Shown here: one piece after another, positions 1 through 13,146 of the stretch | Layout of the letters: each line of letters begins with the position of its first letter | How positions within the stretch are numbered: position 1 is the stretch's first letter | DNA from: Macrostomum lignano | Taxonomy: Eukaryota | Reading direction: 5' to 3' | DNA length: 64,000 nt | NCBI GenBank assembly: GCA_002269645.1 | Contig: NIVC01000452.1 | Span: 248,001-312,000, forward strand | Position numbers and translations under genes: made by a program | Notes under the pieces: generated by a model | Told to the model about the DNA's origin: nothing | The model's input: the letters and a program-made list of their open reading frames with translations, nothing else | Databases searched by the model: none

Positions 1-531
1 GTTGTCCTTGGCTTATACGTAGAAAAATGCGCTTCATTAACTGAGTTCTCCTCATCGAGCGAGTGTGAGTTTAAAGAACAGTATTTAATTAAGAATTTTT
101 GTATCGCTAATTGTTATTCAAAATTACAAACTCATTGTAGTACTTTCAGTAGAGCGTTAAGTACTAAACAAGGAAGATTTACTGTCTGGACATGGCCTAT
201 ACTCGAAGCTCTTGGACTGAAATGCAGAGAATGAACAAGCCGATTGATAAAGTATAGTACTATAGTACGCAAAAATTATAATGTATTAACTTTGCCAAGC
301 TGTTGCCATGAACTATAAACCATTGCGTAAAATATAATTAGTTATTTTTCTTTTAATCACGTAAAAACCTGGCCGTTCAAATGAATTTTTAAAAATTCTT
401 TCATAACTTTTGAAACAGGAATACAATTTAACTGCAATTTATACTAAGTCATCTACTTCAAGTAGGTCGGTACCGGTTTATTTTTATAAAGATATCACTG
501 TAATTAGAATTGGAACTTTAGAATAAAGTCT

Positions 532-2835
532 GTGTCAGACAATCGCATGCACTCACATTGGAGTCTGTGTGTCAGACAATCGCATGCACTCACATTGGAG
601 TCTGTGTGTCAGACAATCGCATGCACTCACATTGGAGTCTATGTGTCAGACAATCGCATGCACTCACATTGGAGTCTATGTGTCAGACAATCGCATGCAC
701 TCACATTGGAGTCTATGTGTCAGACAATCGCATGCACTCACATTGGAGTCTATGTGTCAGACAATCGCATTAACTCACATTGGAGTCTGTGTGTCAGACA
801 CTCGCATTGGAGTCTGTGTGTCAGACAATCGCATGCACTCACATTGGAGTCTGTGTGTCAGACAATCGCATGCACTCACATTGGAGTCTGTGTGTCAGAC
901 AATCGCATTAACTCACATTGGAGTCTGTCAGACAATCGCATGCACTCACATTGGAGTCTGTGTGTCAGACAATCGCATGCACTCACATTGGAGTCTATGT
1001 ATCAGACAATCACATGCATTCACATTGCATTACGATTGCATTACGATAGTAGTAAACAAAAATTAAGTAGTCCCGTGTCGCATGCACTCACATTAGTCTG
1101 TGTGTCAGACAATCGCATGCACTCACATTAGTCTGTGTGTCAGACAATCGCATGCACTCACATTAGAGTCTATGTGTCAGACAATCGCATGCATTAACAT
1201 TGGAGTCTGTGTGTCAGACAATCGCATTGGAGTCTGTGTGTCAGACAATCGCATGCATTAACATTGGAGTCTGTGTGTCAGACAATCGCATTGGAGTCTG
1301 TGTGTCAGACAATCGCATTGGAGTCTGTGTGTCAGACAATCGCATTGGAGTCTGTGTGTCAGACAATCGCATTGGAGTCTGTGTGTCAGACAATCGCATT
1401 GGAGTCTGTGTGTCAGACAATCGCATTGGAGTCTGTGTGTCAGACAATCGCATTGGAGTCTGTGTGTCAGACACTCGCATTGGAGTCTGTGTGTCAGACA
1501 CTCGCATTGGAGTCTGTGTGTCAGACAATCGCATTGGAGTCTGTGTCAGACAATCGCATTGGAGTCTGTGTCAGACACTCGCATTGGAGTCTGTGTGTCA
1601 GACAATCGCATTGGAGTCTGTGTCAGACAATCGCATTGGAGTCTGTGTCAGACAATCGCATTGGAGTCTGTGTCAGACACTCGCATTGGAGTCTATGTGT
1701 CAGACAATCGCATTGGAGTCTGTGTCAGACAATCGCATTGGAGTCTGTGTGTCAGACAATCGCATTGGAGTCTGTGTCAGACACTCGCATTGGAGTCTGT
1801 GTGTCAGACACTCGCATTGGAGTCTGTGTGTCAGACAATCGCATTGGAGTCTGTGTGTCAGACAATCGCATTGGAGTCTGTGTGTCAGACAATCGCATTG
1901 GAGTCTGTGTGTCAGACAATCGCATTGGAGTCTGTGTGTCAGACAATCGCATTGGAGTCTGTGTGTCAGACAATCGCATTGGAGTCTGTGTGTCAGACAA
2001 TCGCATTGGAGTCTGTGTGTCAGACACTTGCATTGGAGTCTGTGTGTCAGACAATCGCATTGGAGTCTGTGTCAGACACTCGCATTGGAGTCTGTGTCAG
2101 ACACTCGCATTGGAGTCTGTGTCAGACACTCGCATTGGAGTCTGTGTGTCAGACAATCGCATTGGAGTCTGTGTGTCAGACACTCGCATTGGAGTCTGTG
2201 TGTCAGACAATCGCATTGGAGTCTGTGTCAGACAATCGCATTGGAGTCTGTGTCAGACACTCGCATTGGAGTCTGTGTCAGACACTCGCATTGGAGTCTG
2301 TGTGTCAGACACTCGCATTGGAGTCTGTGTCAGACACTCGCATTGGAGTCTGTGTGTCAGACACTCGCATTGGAGTCTGTGTCAGACAATCGCATTGGAG
2401 TCTGTGTGTCAGACAATCGCATTGGAGTCTGTGTGTCAGACAATCGCATTGGAGTCTGTGTGTCAGACAATCGCATTGGAGTCTGTGTGTCAGACACTCG
2501 CATTGGAGTCTGTGTGTCAGTCAATCGCATTGGAGTCTGTGTCAGACACTCGCATTGGAGTCTGTGTGTCAGACAATCGCATTGGAGTCTGTGTGTCAGA
2601 CAATCGCATTGGAGTCTGTGTGTCAGACACTCGCATTGGAGTCTGTGTGTCAGTCAATCGCATTGGAGTCTGTGTCAGACACTCGCATTGGAGTCTGTGT
2701 CAGACACTCGCATTGGAGTCTGTGTCAGACACTCGCATTGGAGTCTGTGTCAGACAATCGCATTGGAGTCTGTGTGTCAGACACTCGCATTGGAGTCTGT
2801 GTCAGACACTCGCATTGGAGTCTGTGTGTCAGACA
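532..2835. repeat. Compound minisatellite: 37-bp unit (gtctgtgtgtcagacaatcgcatgcactcacattgga), then 27/25-bp derivative (gtctgtgtgtcagacaatcgcattgga)
   Basis: The period is directly visible (aatcgc at 541 and 578). Repetitive ORFs in all frames have 37-aa and 9-aa periodicity. Confidence 0.97.
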
Positions 2836-3499
2836 ATTGTACTCCTGTTTCGAAGAAAGGAAGCAACGGAAAATATTAGTTGAGAAATATAAGGAAAGCT
2901 AAAAAAGATAAAGTCATTGCTCCCGGCGACTGTTCCAGAGTCCGACATCAATCGGCAGTATGAAGTTTCCGACGCAAAATCAAAGCCCAAGCCTGATCCA
3001 CCCAGTGTTGAGCACATCCTGTCAGTCAATCATATTTGGCCGGATCACTGACTGTTCGCTGGTGCTTTCTGTATTCAAAGTATCAATTTTCAGTAGCTAT
3101 TTGCAGCATCTTCACTGGCTCCAGTATTCGGTCATAAATCAATCAGGAGTCTTAGTCAGGAAAAGAGCAGCTGATTGGTTGGTGCCTCTCAACTTTGACG
3201 CCATAAAAGGAGCTGAAAATCATTTTTCCATCTCTCTACTCCACTCCTGCGCCTGTTTAACAGCAGCTGAGAACTCATCTTTCGAAATAGCAGCACACCG
3301 GTGAGTCACCCCTGCAATGATAGATTTAATGAAGGAACTCAACGCTCAACTGCCTATATGGCCCGTTTTTGTTCTTTCAGAAATGCAAACCCGAACTAGC
3401 GACTCTTCCAATTAAAATTATTGCCTTTTAAAAACTTCCCGTGTACAAATTCAACTTTTTGGACTTGTACACGGGAACACTTGTACACACAGACAATCA

Positions 3500-3812
3500 T
3501 CTTGGCGCCGCAGGCACTCATTTTAACACCGCAGGCACCCATTTTGGCGCCACAGGCACCCATTTTGGCGCCGCAGGCACCCATTTTGGCGCCGCAGGCA
3601 CCCATTTTGGCACCGCAGGCTCTCTCATTTTGGCGCCACAGACAGACACTCATTTTGGCGCCACAGACAGACACTCATTTTGGCGCCACAGACAGACACT
3701 CATTTTGGCGCCACAGACAGACACTCATTTTGGCGCCACAGACAGACACTCATTTTGGCGCCACAGACAGACACTCATTTTGGCGCCGAAAGCGCTATAT
3801 TTTGGCGCCCTA
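3500..3812. repeat. Minisatellite with 21-bp (cattttggcgccgcaggcacc) then 25-bp (cattttggcgccacagacagacact) units
   Basis: Direct tandem units sharing the core cattttggcgcc. Confidence 0.92.
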
Positions 3813-4425
3813 AAGCAAAATTATTGATTTCCACAACGGGTGACAGGGTGGGGGGGACAAAGCATTGGCATGTCCCTCCGTAGCTTCTACACTGGGGGGA
3901 CATGTCCCCCCTGCCCCCCCCCAGCGGTGATGCCACTGTCTGTGATAATACCAGATATATTGATCAGGCAAATATTTTCTATCGCATCGAAATAGATTTC
4001 TCTTGTTAGGGAATAATCAAGCTAAGAAATTTTTTGACTGACTGCTACGGAATTCAATCAAAAATGCACGGAGGCGGCTTCTGCCAATTTTGCGAAGCCT
4101 GCCTCTCTTTTTTCAGGTCCTTCAGTCCGTGTCTGCGCGCCTTAGTCTCGAGTGTTTGCTAAAAATGCATTCGGAGGAAGCAAAAAAGACAATAAAGCAG
4201 CAACAAAAAATCGCTCTCAAAGAAGAAGAGATTTTTAAAGCATTGTAGTCGTTAAAACAAAAAAGCTATTCGAGAGCTTGTCGTTAAAAGCATTTTCCAG
4301 CTACACTCTGTTGGTTTCATTAACGAAAAAGCAGCGCATTGTGCTCTCTCCTGCCGGTAATTCAGATTTCAGTCACTTACCATCGCCGCACTGCCTCTCG
4401 AACCTTCTGCAGCCCAGGTCGCGCC

Positions 4426-4728
4426 ATGCCCCGACTGCTTGCCGCCTTTCTACTGCTTTCGGCCTGTGCGATTCTAGCCGCCAACTGCCTGCCGACTTCT
4501 CCTCTGTCAGGCCGATTCCAACAGCGGCAGCCTCATCAGCTTAGCCGGAGTCTGGCTGCCGGTGATCAGGCCGACTGGCTGACGCTCGCCGACGCTCTTC
4601 GACTGCGCCAACTGGACAGGCTGGTGGGCGAGTTGCCAGGCGAAGACGCTGGATTTGATGAGGCCCAGCAGGAGAAGCGCGGCTTTCGAGGCAGCCTGCG
4701 ATTTGGCTCGAATTTCGGCAAGAAGTGA
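4426..4728 (+). CDS. Neuropeptide precursor (100 aa): signal peptide, propeptide, KR-GFRGSLRFGSNF-G-KK (predicted GFRGSLRFGSNFamide)
   Basis: ATG at 4426 in gccATGc context. Hydrophobic N-terminus MPRLLAAFLLLSACAILAA, acidic spacer, dibasic KR site, C-terminal G-KK amidation/cleavage signal, then stop. Confidence 0.8.
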   Translation: MPRLLAAFLLLSACAILAANCLPTSPLSGRFQQRQPHQLSRSLAAGDQADWLTLADALRLRQLDRLVGELPGEDAGFDEAQQEKRGFRGSLRFGSNFGKK

Positions 4729-6955
4729 GCAACTCCTGGGATTCACGGGGAGATTTTCGGCAAGAAGTGATTGAGCAGTTCCTGGGATTCACGGGGAGAA
4801 TTTCGGCAAGAAGTGAGCAACTCCTGGGATTCATGGGGAGAATTTCGGCAAGAAGTGAGTGAGCAACTCCTGGGATTCATGGGGAGAATTTCGGCAAGAA
4901 GTGAGTGAGAAACTCCTGGGATTCATGGGGAGAATTTCGGCAAGAAGTGATTGAGCAGTTCCTGGGATTCACGGGGAGAATTTCGGCAAGAAGTGAGTGA
5001 GCAACTCCTGGGATTCATGGGGAGAATTTCGGCAAGAAGTGAGTGAGCAACTCCTGGGATTCACGGGGAGAATTCCGGCAAGAAGTGAGTGAGCAACTCC
5101 TGGGATTCATGGGGAGAATTTCGGCAAGAAGTGAGTGAGAAACTCCTGGGATTCATGGGGAGAATTTCGGCAAGAATTGATTGAGCAGTTCCTGGGATTC
5201 ACGGGGAGAATTTCGGCAAGAAGTGAGTGAGCAACTCCTGGGATTCATGGGGAGGTTTTCGGCAAGAAGTGATTGAGCAACTCCTGGGATTCATGGGGAG
5301 AATTTCGGCAAGAAGTGAGCAACTCCTGGGATTCATGGGGAGAATTTCGGCAAGAAGTGAGTGAGCAACTCCTGGGATTCATGGGGAGATTTTCGGCAAG
5401 AAGTGAGTGAGCAACTCCTGGGATTCATGGGGAGAATTTCGGCAAGAAGTGATTGAGCAGTTCCTGGGATTCACGGGGATAATTTCGGCAAGAAGTGAGT
5501 GAGCAACTCCTGGGATTCATGGGGAGAATTTCGGCAAGAAGTGAGTGAGCAACTCCTGGGATTCACGGGGAGAATTCCGGCAAGAAGTGAGTGAGCAACT
5601 CCTGGGATTCATGGGGAGAATTTCGGCAAGAAGTGAGTGAGCAACTCCTGGGATTCATGGGGAGATTTTCGGCAAGAAGTGAGTGAGCAACTCCTGGGAT
5701 TCATGGGGAGATTTTCGGCAAGAAGTGATTGAGCAACTCCTGGGATTCATGGGGAGAATTTCGGCAAGAAGTGATTGAGCAGTTCCTGGGATTCACGGGG
5801 AGAATTTCGGCAAGAAGTGAGTGAGCAACTCCTGGGATTCATGGGGAGATTTTCGGCAAGAAGTGATTGAGCAGTTCCTGGGATTCACGGGGAGAATTTC
5901 GGCAAGAAGTGAGTGAGCAACTCCTGGGATTCATGGGGAGATTTTCGGCAAGAAGTGATTGAGAAACTCCTGGGATTCATGGGGAGAATTTCGGCAAGAA
6001 GTGATTGAGCAGTTCCTGGGATTCACGGGGAGAATTTCGGCAAGAAGTGAGTGAGCAACTCCTGGGATTCATGGGGAGATTTTCGGCAAGAAGTGAGTGA
6101 GCAACTCCTGGGATTCATGGGGAGATTTTCGGCAAGAAGTGAGTGAGCAACTCCTGGGATTCACGGGGAGAATTCCGGCAAGAAGTGAGTGAGCAACTCC
6201 TGGGATTCATGGGGAGAATTTCGGCAAGAAGTGAGTGAGCAACTCCTGGGATTCACGGGGAGAATTCCGGCAAGAAGTGAGTGAGCAACTCCTGGGATTC
6301 ATGGGGAGATTTTCGGCAAGAAGTGATTGAGAAACTCCTGGGATTCATGGGGAGAATTTCGGCAAGAAGTGATTGAGCAGTTCCTGGGATTCACGGGGAG
6401 AATTTCGGCAAGAAGTGAGTGAGCAACTCCTGGGATTCATGGGGAGATTTTCGGCAAGAAGTGAGTGAGCAACTCCTGGGATTCATGGGGAGATTTTCGG
6501 CAAGAAGTGAGTGAGCAACTCCTGGGATTCACGGGGAGAATTCCGGCAAGAAGTGAGTGAGAAACTCCTGGTATTCATGGGGAGAATTTCGGCAAGAAGT
6601 GAGTGAGCAACTCCTGGGATTCACGGGGAGAATTTCGGTAAGAAGTGAGTGAGAAACTCCTGGGATTCACGGGGAGAATTTCGGCAAGAAGTGATTGAGC
6701 AACTTCTGGAATTCATGGGGAGATTTTCGGCAAGAAGTGAGTGAGCAACTCCTGGGATTCACGGGGAGAATTTCGGCAAGAAGTGAGTGAGTAACTCCTG
6801 GGATTCATGGGGAGAATTCCGGCAAGAAGTGAGTGAGCAACTCCTGGGATTCATGGGGAGAATTCCGGCAAGAAGTGAGTGAGCAACTCCTGGGATTCAT
6901 GGGGAGAATTTCGGCAAGAAGTGAGTGAGCAACTCCTGGGATTCATGGGGAGAAG
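4709..6955 (+). repeat. Minisatellite, ~42-46-bp unit (gaatttcggcaagaagtgagtgagcaactcctgggattcatgggga), roughly 50 copies
   Basis: Direct tandem array. The first unit overlaps the last codons and stop of the neuropeptide ORF. Confidence 0.97.
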
Positions 6956-7917
6956 CAAGAAGCCAATCTTGTCAAGTAACATCCTTCAACAGACTAATTT
7001 GAAGTCCTAGCTAGAAAGGCCTATTTGAAATTCAAACTGAGCCTTTTTCATTAAAGTGACTGTGCTGCATAGTTTCTATGGAGTGTCAACAACCACGAGG
7101 TCGTATAAACTACTCTAGCGTTAAAATCTAATCTATCCTCGTAGCTAATCTGATTCGAAAGCAGTTCGAAAAAAGAGCTGTGGTAATTGCAACATAATTT
7201 TATCTTTGAATTCCAACTAGGGCGTGGCACAATACCAGGTAGCAATTGCGTAAACAAGCTTGAATGAATGATGTAGGTTTAAGGCGGGTGCATTGAAATT
7301 TTTGTTACAATCGATATTTTAATTCATTTTGTTCCCACACCCTGTCCCCTCTACTGCAATTTCAGGTAGAGCGATGATTGCTTGGAGCTCAAAATTCTAA
7401 CAAGTGGGCGTCTACAAAAACTAAAAAGGAAACTAAGAACTGATCTGAACTGCCCAGCAATGTTTAAAAATGGTTTTCTAGTGGCTGCCAACCCCATCCC
7501 CGTATCAATTACTACAACTTAAGCGGGTGTTTAATTAGCAGGATTTAAATAAACAAAATGAAACAGAAGAGACGCTTAAATGTTCAATTTGAAAAGTCCC
7601 GAAAATTTATTGCAATAAAGTCGGATGCCAATTCCGATGAAGAGTTTTTACATCTGCTTTTTTAATTTACCGTTAGAGTTGATCGCTGATCGCAAATGCA
7701 TGGTTGACAATTTGACGTACGTACTGTATGATACTGTATGATACAGCAGTATGTCATATGAATGTATTTTTAGCCATGAGCTTGTTTTGGTTAATCAAAA
7801 ACAAAACGGGAGAGTTTCACAAAGCACTAAATATTTTATGCACAAGCTCGAAACTTCACAAGCAAAACGCTCAAAACTTCACCAAGGACCACTGCATATG
7901 GCCATATACAGTGGTCC

Positions 7918-8120
7918 TTGAACTTCCACGCTCAAAACTTCACACGCTCAAAACTTCACACGCCCAAAACTTCACAAGCTCGAAACTTCACACGCCCAAA
8001 ACGTCACACGCTCGAAACTTCACACGCCCAAAACTTCACACGCTCGAAACTTTACACGCCCAAAACTTCACAAGCTCGAAACTTCGTGCACAAGCTCAAA
8101 ACTTCACAAGCTCGAAACTT
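7918..8120. repeat. Short tandem repeat (aaacttcacacgcccaaaacttcacacgctcg-like, ~16/33 bp)
   Basis: Repeated aaacttcaca motif. A lone copy also occurs near 9240. Confidence 0.8.
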
Positions 8121-9913
8121 CATATTCTTCGAAAGTAGTACGAGAAAGTTTTTTGGTTTCTATTTGCTTCTTAAGCTGCTCTTGCGAGTAATTTCTGTTG
8201 GGATTTATAACTCCGAAAAAATCTGCAGATTCAGATTTGTCGTAGTTTTTGTAAAGCCAATGCGAAACAATATTTGAATCTCGAGTCTAATCGCTTTCCC
8301 GTGTTCACGAGTTTCTTGGTTTTCGAACTCACAAGCTTAAAACTCGCATTAATTACCCGAGCCTGCTCACCGGGTGCTCAGCCAATTGCCAATCGGCGGC
8401 AGATCATATGAATGTGACCGACAACATTTTTCGACGAATTTACTATGTAACCGCGCGGACTACTCAGGTAGTTAGAAAGGGCTACTTAAATAAGGGGTCG
8501 GGAAACGGCCTAAGTCATGGTGATAAAAGCTTTAAACCTGAATGTACATGTACGACATTTACATGTAGTTCGATTTTCTAACTCAGAGTCAAGACAATGC
8601 TCTACTGCTGGGGATCGAGACACATGCACATTTACGATGCATATTCACACTCATCTTCCACTCTTCTTATTTTTACAACTCTTCCACTCAAAGCATAAGC
8701 TATTTCAATAAAATATTGAATAAAGATAGAGATTACATAAATGTACTACCAGTTTAAAGTAAAGATAAGTGAGTTAATTTAATTTGCTTTATTGAACATG
8801 TCACGTCTACATGCATGTAGTACTTACATGTATGGATAACTTAAGCAGGAGGAAGAAGAAGAAGAAGAAATCGATAGCTGGAATTTGAGACGAAGACAGC
8901 ATTGGTCAACAGACGTCGTGGTTTGATCTATGTCATGAAGCACTGGAATATTCCGCGAATACATGTGCCAACGGAATTCTAATCAACATTTTGAAGGCAA
9001 GATATCTGCTTTATGTCAAATCTGGATGACCAGATAGGAGCCACGTGCTGATTCGTAACGTATACGAGCAGAAAATTTACTTTACATTAAGCTTTTGTTT
9101 TGTAAAATTTATACAGTTGATATAACGAAGCGTTTGCAAATATCGCGTTTTGTTTGAATCGTGACATTTGAAAATAACAGTTTCCACGAAGCCTAATTCT
9201 CCTTACGTTGCGGAGAAGTATCGTAATATCAGAAGCGTGCTCACGCTCGAAACTTCACACTGGGCCGAAAAAATGCCGGTTTATTATTATAAGCTATAAA
9301 CTTCGCATTGTCCAAAAGTAGTACTGGAAAGTTTTTAAAGTTGTAGAAGTGGTACTTTTTAATTAATTAGCAATATGATGTTTACTTTTCTCCATCTTAT
9401 TTATAGCTAGCATTTGTGTAATTATAATCTCATTTTTCATTTCATCCTGTTATGTTCTGTGCCTGTGTTCTGTTGTGATATTTTTATCATCAAACAAAAC
9501 ATACTGTCAAGTCTTTATTCTTTGTTATCCTATTTTTTATTTAATATTGTCACTTTTCCTAAAAAAATGTTTTTTTATATTTAAAAAAATTGAGATTGTA
9601 GCTAAAAATGTTGCGACTTGCATCTGTATTGTGTATCTGCCTAGAGAATCCGATCTCAGTCTAAATTTGGTTGATTGTCTTTTCTGCCTCTAGTCTTTCT
9701 TAAAATAATATAGCAAAAATCAATGTATTAACTAATTGTTCTTTTTTAATTAAATTGTTTTATATTTTTATTTAATTATCATTGGTAACTAGTTTACTTT
9801 TTAAAGTTAAGACCTAATTCTAAGTCTATTTAGCAATTTATATCTTTATAAGAAATTTATCTAATAATTATTATACTCTATTTTGATTTAAACTTCAGAG
9901 CATTTCCTTCCTG

Positions 9914-12236
9914 ATGCAATCAGCACTAATTGCAATACTGGGTGTAATGTTTAATCTGCTGGCCATGGCCACAGCTGAAGTTGTATTTTATCCTGAGCTG
10001 AAAACATCTGGCTGCGAATGGTCTGAATGGCAGTGCAAGGAGCATCAGACAGAATGCATCCTTTTTAGAGAGAAGAATTGCTCTTCCTTCATTCTGCGAG
10101 AGTATGATCAACTTCGCCAGGGAGTTAAAGGCATAAGTTGCAGATCCCAGTACTCATTCAACTGTCTGTCTGAACCCCGATTCTTGTCATACACCAGCTT
10201 CCATCCGATGTGGTGCTCTTGGCAGAGCTGGCAGTCTTGGAGCTACGCCTGCATCGATGCCATTTTAGAAAAACACTCCTGGCTCTCCAGCGCTCTGTCA
10301 GAGTATGAGCGTGAGCTTAATGAACTTCTCTTTTTAGTTCGTGAGCAACTAGTGACTGAGTTTGTGGCTCAGTTCATGAGTGAGATTATGAGTGAGCTTA
10401 TGGGTAAGTTTATTAGTGAATGAGTTTGCGAGTGAGATCATGAGTGAGTTTATGGGTAAGTTTATCAGTGAATGAGTTTGCGAGTGAGTTCATGAGTGAG
10501 TTTATGGGTAAGTTTATCAGTGAATGAGTTTGCGAGTGAGTTCATGAGTGAGTTTATGGGTAAGTTTATCAGTGAATGAGTTTGCGAGTGAGTTCATGAG
10601 TGAGTTTATGGGTAAGTTTATCAGTGAATGAGTTTGCGAGTGAGTTCATGAGTGAATTTATGGGTAAGTTTATCAGTGAACGAGTTTGCGAATGAGTTTA
10701 TGAGTGAGTTATGGGTAAGTTTATCAGTGAAGGAGTTTGCGAATGAGTTCATGAGTGAGTTTATGGGTAAGTTTATCAGTGAATGAGTTTGCGAATGAGT
10801 TCATGAGTGAGTTTATGGGTAAGTTTATCAGTGGATGAGTTTGCGAATGAGTTTATGAGTGAGTTATGGGTAAGTTTATCAGTGAATGAGTTTGCGAATG
10901 AGTTCATGAGTGAGTTTGTGGGTAAGTTTATCAGTGAATGAGTTTGCGAGTGAGTTCATGAGTGAGTTTATGGGTAAGTTTATCAGTGAATCAGTTTGCG
11001 AGTGAGTTCATGAGTAAGCTTATGAGTGAGTTCATGGGTGAGTTCATGAATACGAGTGTGATGAGGGTTCATGAGCCCATACGTCCATGAGTTGAAGATA
11101 ATCTGATAAGAGTTAATAAGTCATTGGTGAGCATGATCAGAATTTACAAGTGAACCAGGAAAACGATTATTTTGCAGACATCAACAACGGCTCCCTGTGG
11201 CTGAGACAGCGCAGCCGGCACTGCCGCTGTCCCAAAGGCAGATACGGCACCCAGTGCTCCGGCCCCAGTCAGCAGGTGGCCTTCACACCGCGGACCGCCG
11301 ATCTCGCAGTGAACGGCGAGCTGCTGATCCCCGCTAGCCGTCAGTCGGCCTGGTGCCCCTGGTCCGCCTGGTCCGATGACTGCAGCTGCTTGTCGCAGAT
11401 CGCGACTTGGGTGAAAAAAATTCGCAAACGAGTCTGTCAATTTGGCACGCCAACAGCGTCTGGCTGCAGCGGCTCCGCCATTGACACTCAACTGTGCTGG
11501 TGCGAACCCAGGCTCTCGAGTTCGTCGTCAACTACGCCGAAAAGAAATTCGAAAACGGATCTGGGACTAATATTTAGCAAGCCGATGTTAATAATGGTGT
11601 CCATTCCGCTGGGTGTGCTGCTCTGCCTGTGCTGCATCTGTCGGGCAACTCGACGGAGTGACCGGCTGTGAGTGCGCTCCTCTTGTACATTTTGCGCTGG
11701 GATTTACTCGGTTCAGACCTTTTGATCTTTCTGCGTGTCCATTACATGTACATCTTATTTCGGTTCAGTCAACTCAGCTCATTGTCAAAGCACTTCTTTC
11801 TTAGAAGAAAGAAATAATTTCTTTCAATTTCTTGGTTTTACTTAAACATATTTAGACATTTAGTATGTGCTCAGTGGTACATCAGATATATGAAATTTAT
11901 GGACATAATTTAAAACTTTCTTGCAGTCAACAACAGCAGCGCCAGAGGGAGCAGCAGCAGCAGCAGCAGCAAGAACAAGAGCTCTTGCAATCATGTTCCT
12001 TGCCTCCGCCAGCAGGCCGTGGTACCCCGTCTGCTGCCCCGCCTCGCATTGCAGACGACAGCTCGTTGAATCCTCCGCCACCTTCTTACGAAGAGGCCAT
12101 AAAACTGGTGACCCAACGTTCGAGACTTCGCCAAAGATCTTTAGTACGAGTCTCGATTTACATGTATGCATGTACATGTATTCCGATGTCTTGTTCTATA
12201 TTAATGCGATTACCATCCCAGTCTTTATGTAATTAA
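9914..12236 (+). CDS. Type I membrane protein paralog A (~407 aa): signal peptide, Cys-rich/TSP1-like (WSxW) ectodomain with an EGF-like stretch, TM, Gln-rich tail with PPxY (PPPSYEEAI)
   Basis: Exons 9914-10310 (gc|gtgagc, phase 1), 11151-11667 (acaag|; ct|gtgagt, phase 2) and 11927-12236 (ttgcag|) join in frame (1224 nt). Motifs: WSEW, WQSWQSW, CRCPKGRYGTQC, WCPWSAWSDDC...RKRVC, TM MLIMVSIPLGVLLCLCCIC. The true stop of the last exon is less certain. Confidence 0.75.
10420..11030 (+). repeat. Intronic minisatellite, ~52-bp unit (tgagtgagtttatgggtaagtttatcagtgaatgagtttgcgagtgagttca)
   Basis: Direct tandem units inside intron 1 of paralog A. Confidence 0.93.
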
Positions 12237-13146
12237 GCAACCTAAGCCATTAGTATCTATAGTACAAAATTCACCTGAATTAAATTGAGTCTACAGCCAA
12301 TTTTTAACAGTGTTAGATACAGTCTTTATTGTTTATAACTTTAATCTGACCATACAGCGCTTTTATTATCAATGAACTAAGATTTGTACAAACTACATGC
12401 TGAAACTTGCATAAATGTGTTCTCGCTATGTTTTCTCCTTTCATTTATTCTTTTGTCATCATTACCTTTTATTGATAATTGATATTGCTTTTGTCAGGCA
12501 AGTTGATAGTTACTCTTTAGCAATTTGAAAAATCTCATTCGAAAAGGCAAGCAGGTTGTTGATAAAAAGCACCCAAGTTGATAATTCTGATCTTTACTTA
12601 ATGGAGTTCGATTTTATGAGCTCAAAAAATTCAATAACAGTTTGGAAAACTGAAAAAGAGAGAGAATCCTTTGTGCTGATGTCTATGGCCGAATCATCAA
12701 CTCGCTTACCTTTTTTCTGTCTATGCTAATGTCTATGGACAAGACCGTGGACAAGACTATGGACAAGACAATGCCTAAAGATGCCTAATAAATGTCTAAA
12801 TGTGGATTGCTTAAATATCTATGGCCAAATGAGCGCTGCCATAGAAATTTAAGCACTCATCGATTATTGGATCGGGATTGTAATTTGTAATCACAATTCT
12901 GGTGCATTAAATAACTCTAGCCAATACCCGATCAATGACACATAGGCGATACAATTGGTTGCCGTAACTATCAACTAGGCTGACAAAAGCAATGTTGATT
13001 ATGTGTTAGAAACTTAGTTTTTACCATATAGAAGCGTATATGAGACTTTTATCATAGAGTAAGTTGCAAAATTCCATAAAAATTAGCCGAAGTGTTTTAT
13101 CATCCTGACAAAAAGCCATTCAACACCGTGTTACAGAGCCCCACAT

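Noticed and set aside
532-2902. Long ORFs (up to 559 aa) in the first array, and similar ORFs in arrays at 15001-15750, 24688-26490, 28518-29285, 30164-31114, 35142-35835 and 60556-61443
   Set aside because: They are open in several frames at once with periodic translation, and most lie in introns defined by splice sites. They are by-products of stop-free repeat units.
2960-3304. Coding-like segment after the first array
   Set aside because: No recognisable motif, stops in the plausible frames, and no consistent splice structure.
4709-6955. CRISPR-like appearance of regular ~45-bp repeats (also the other arrays)
   Set aside because: Units are head-to-tail with no unique spacers, there are no cas genes, and the context is eukaryotic.
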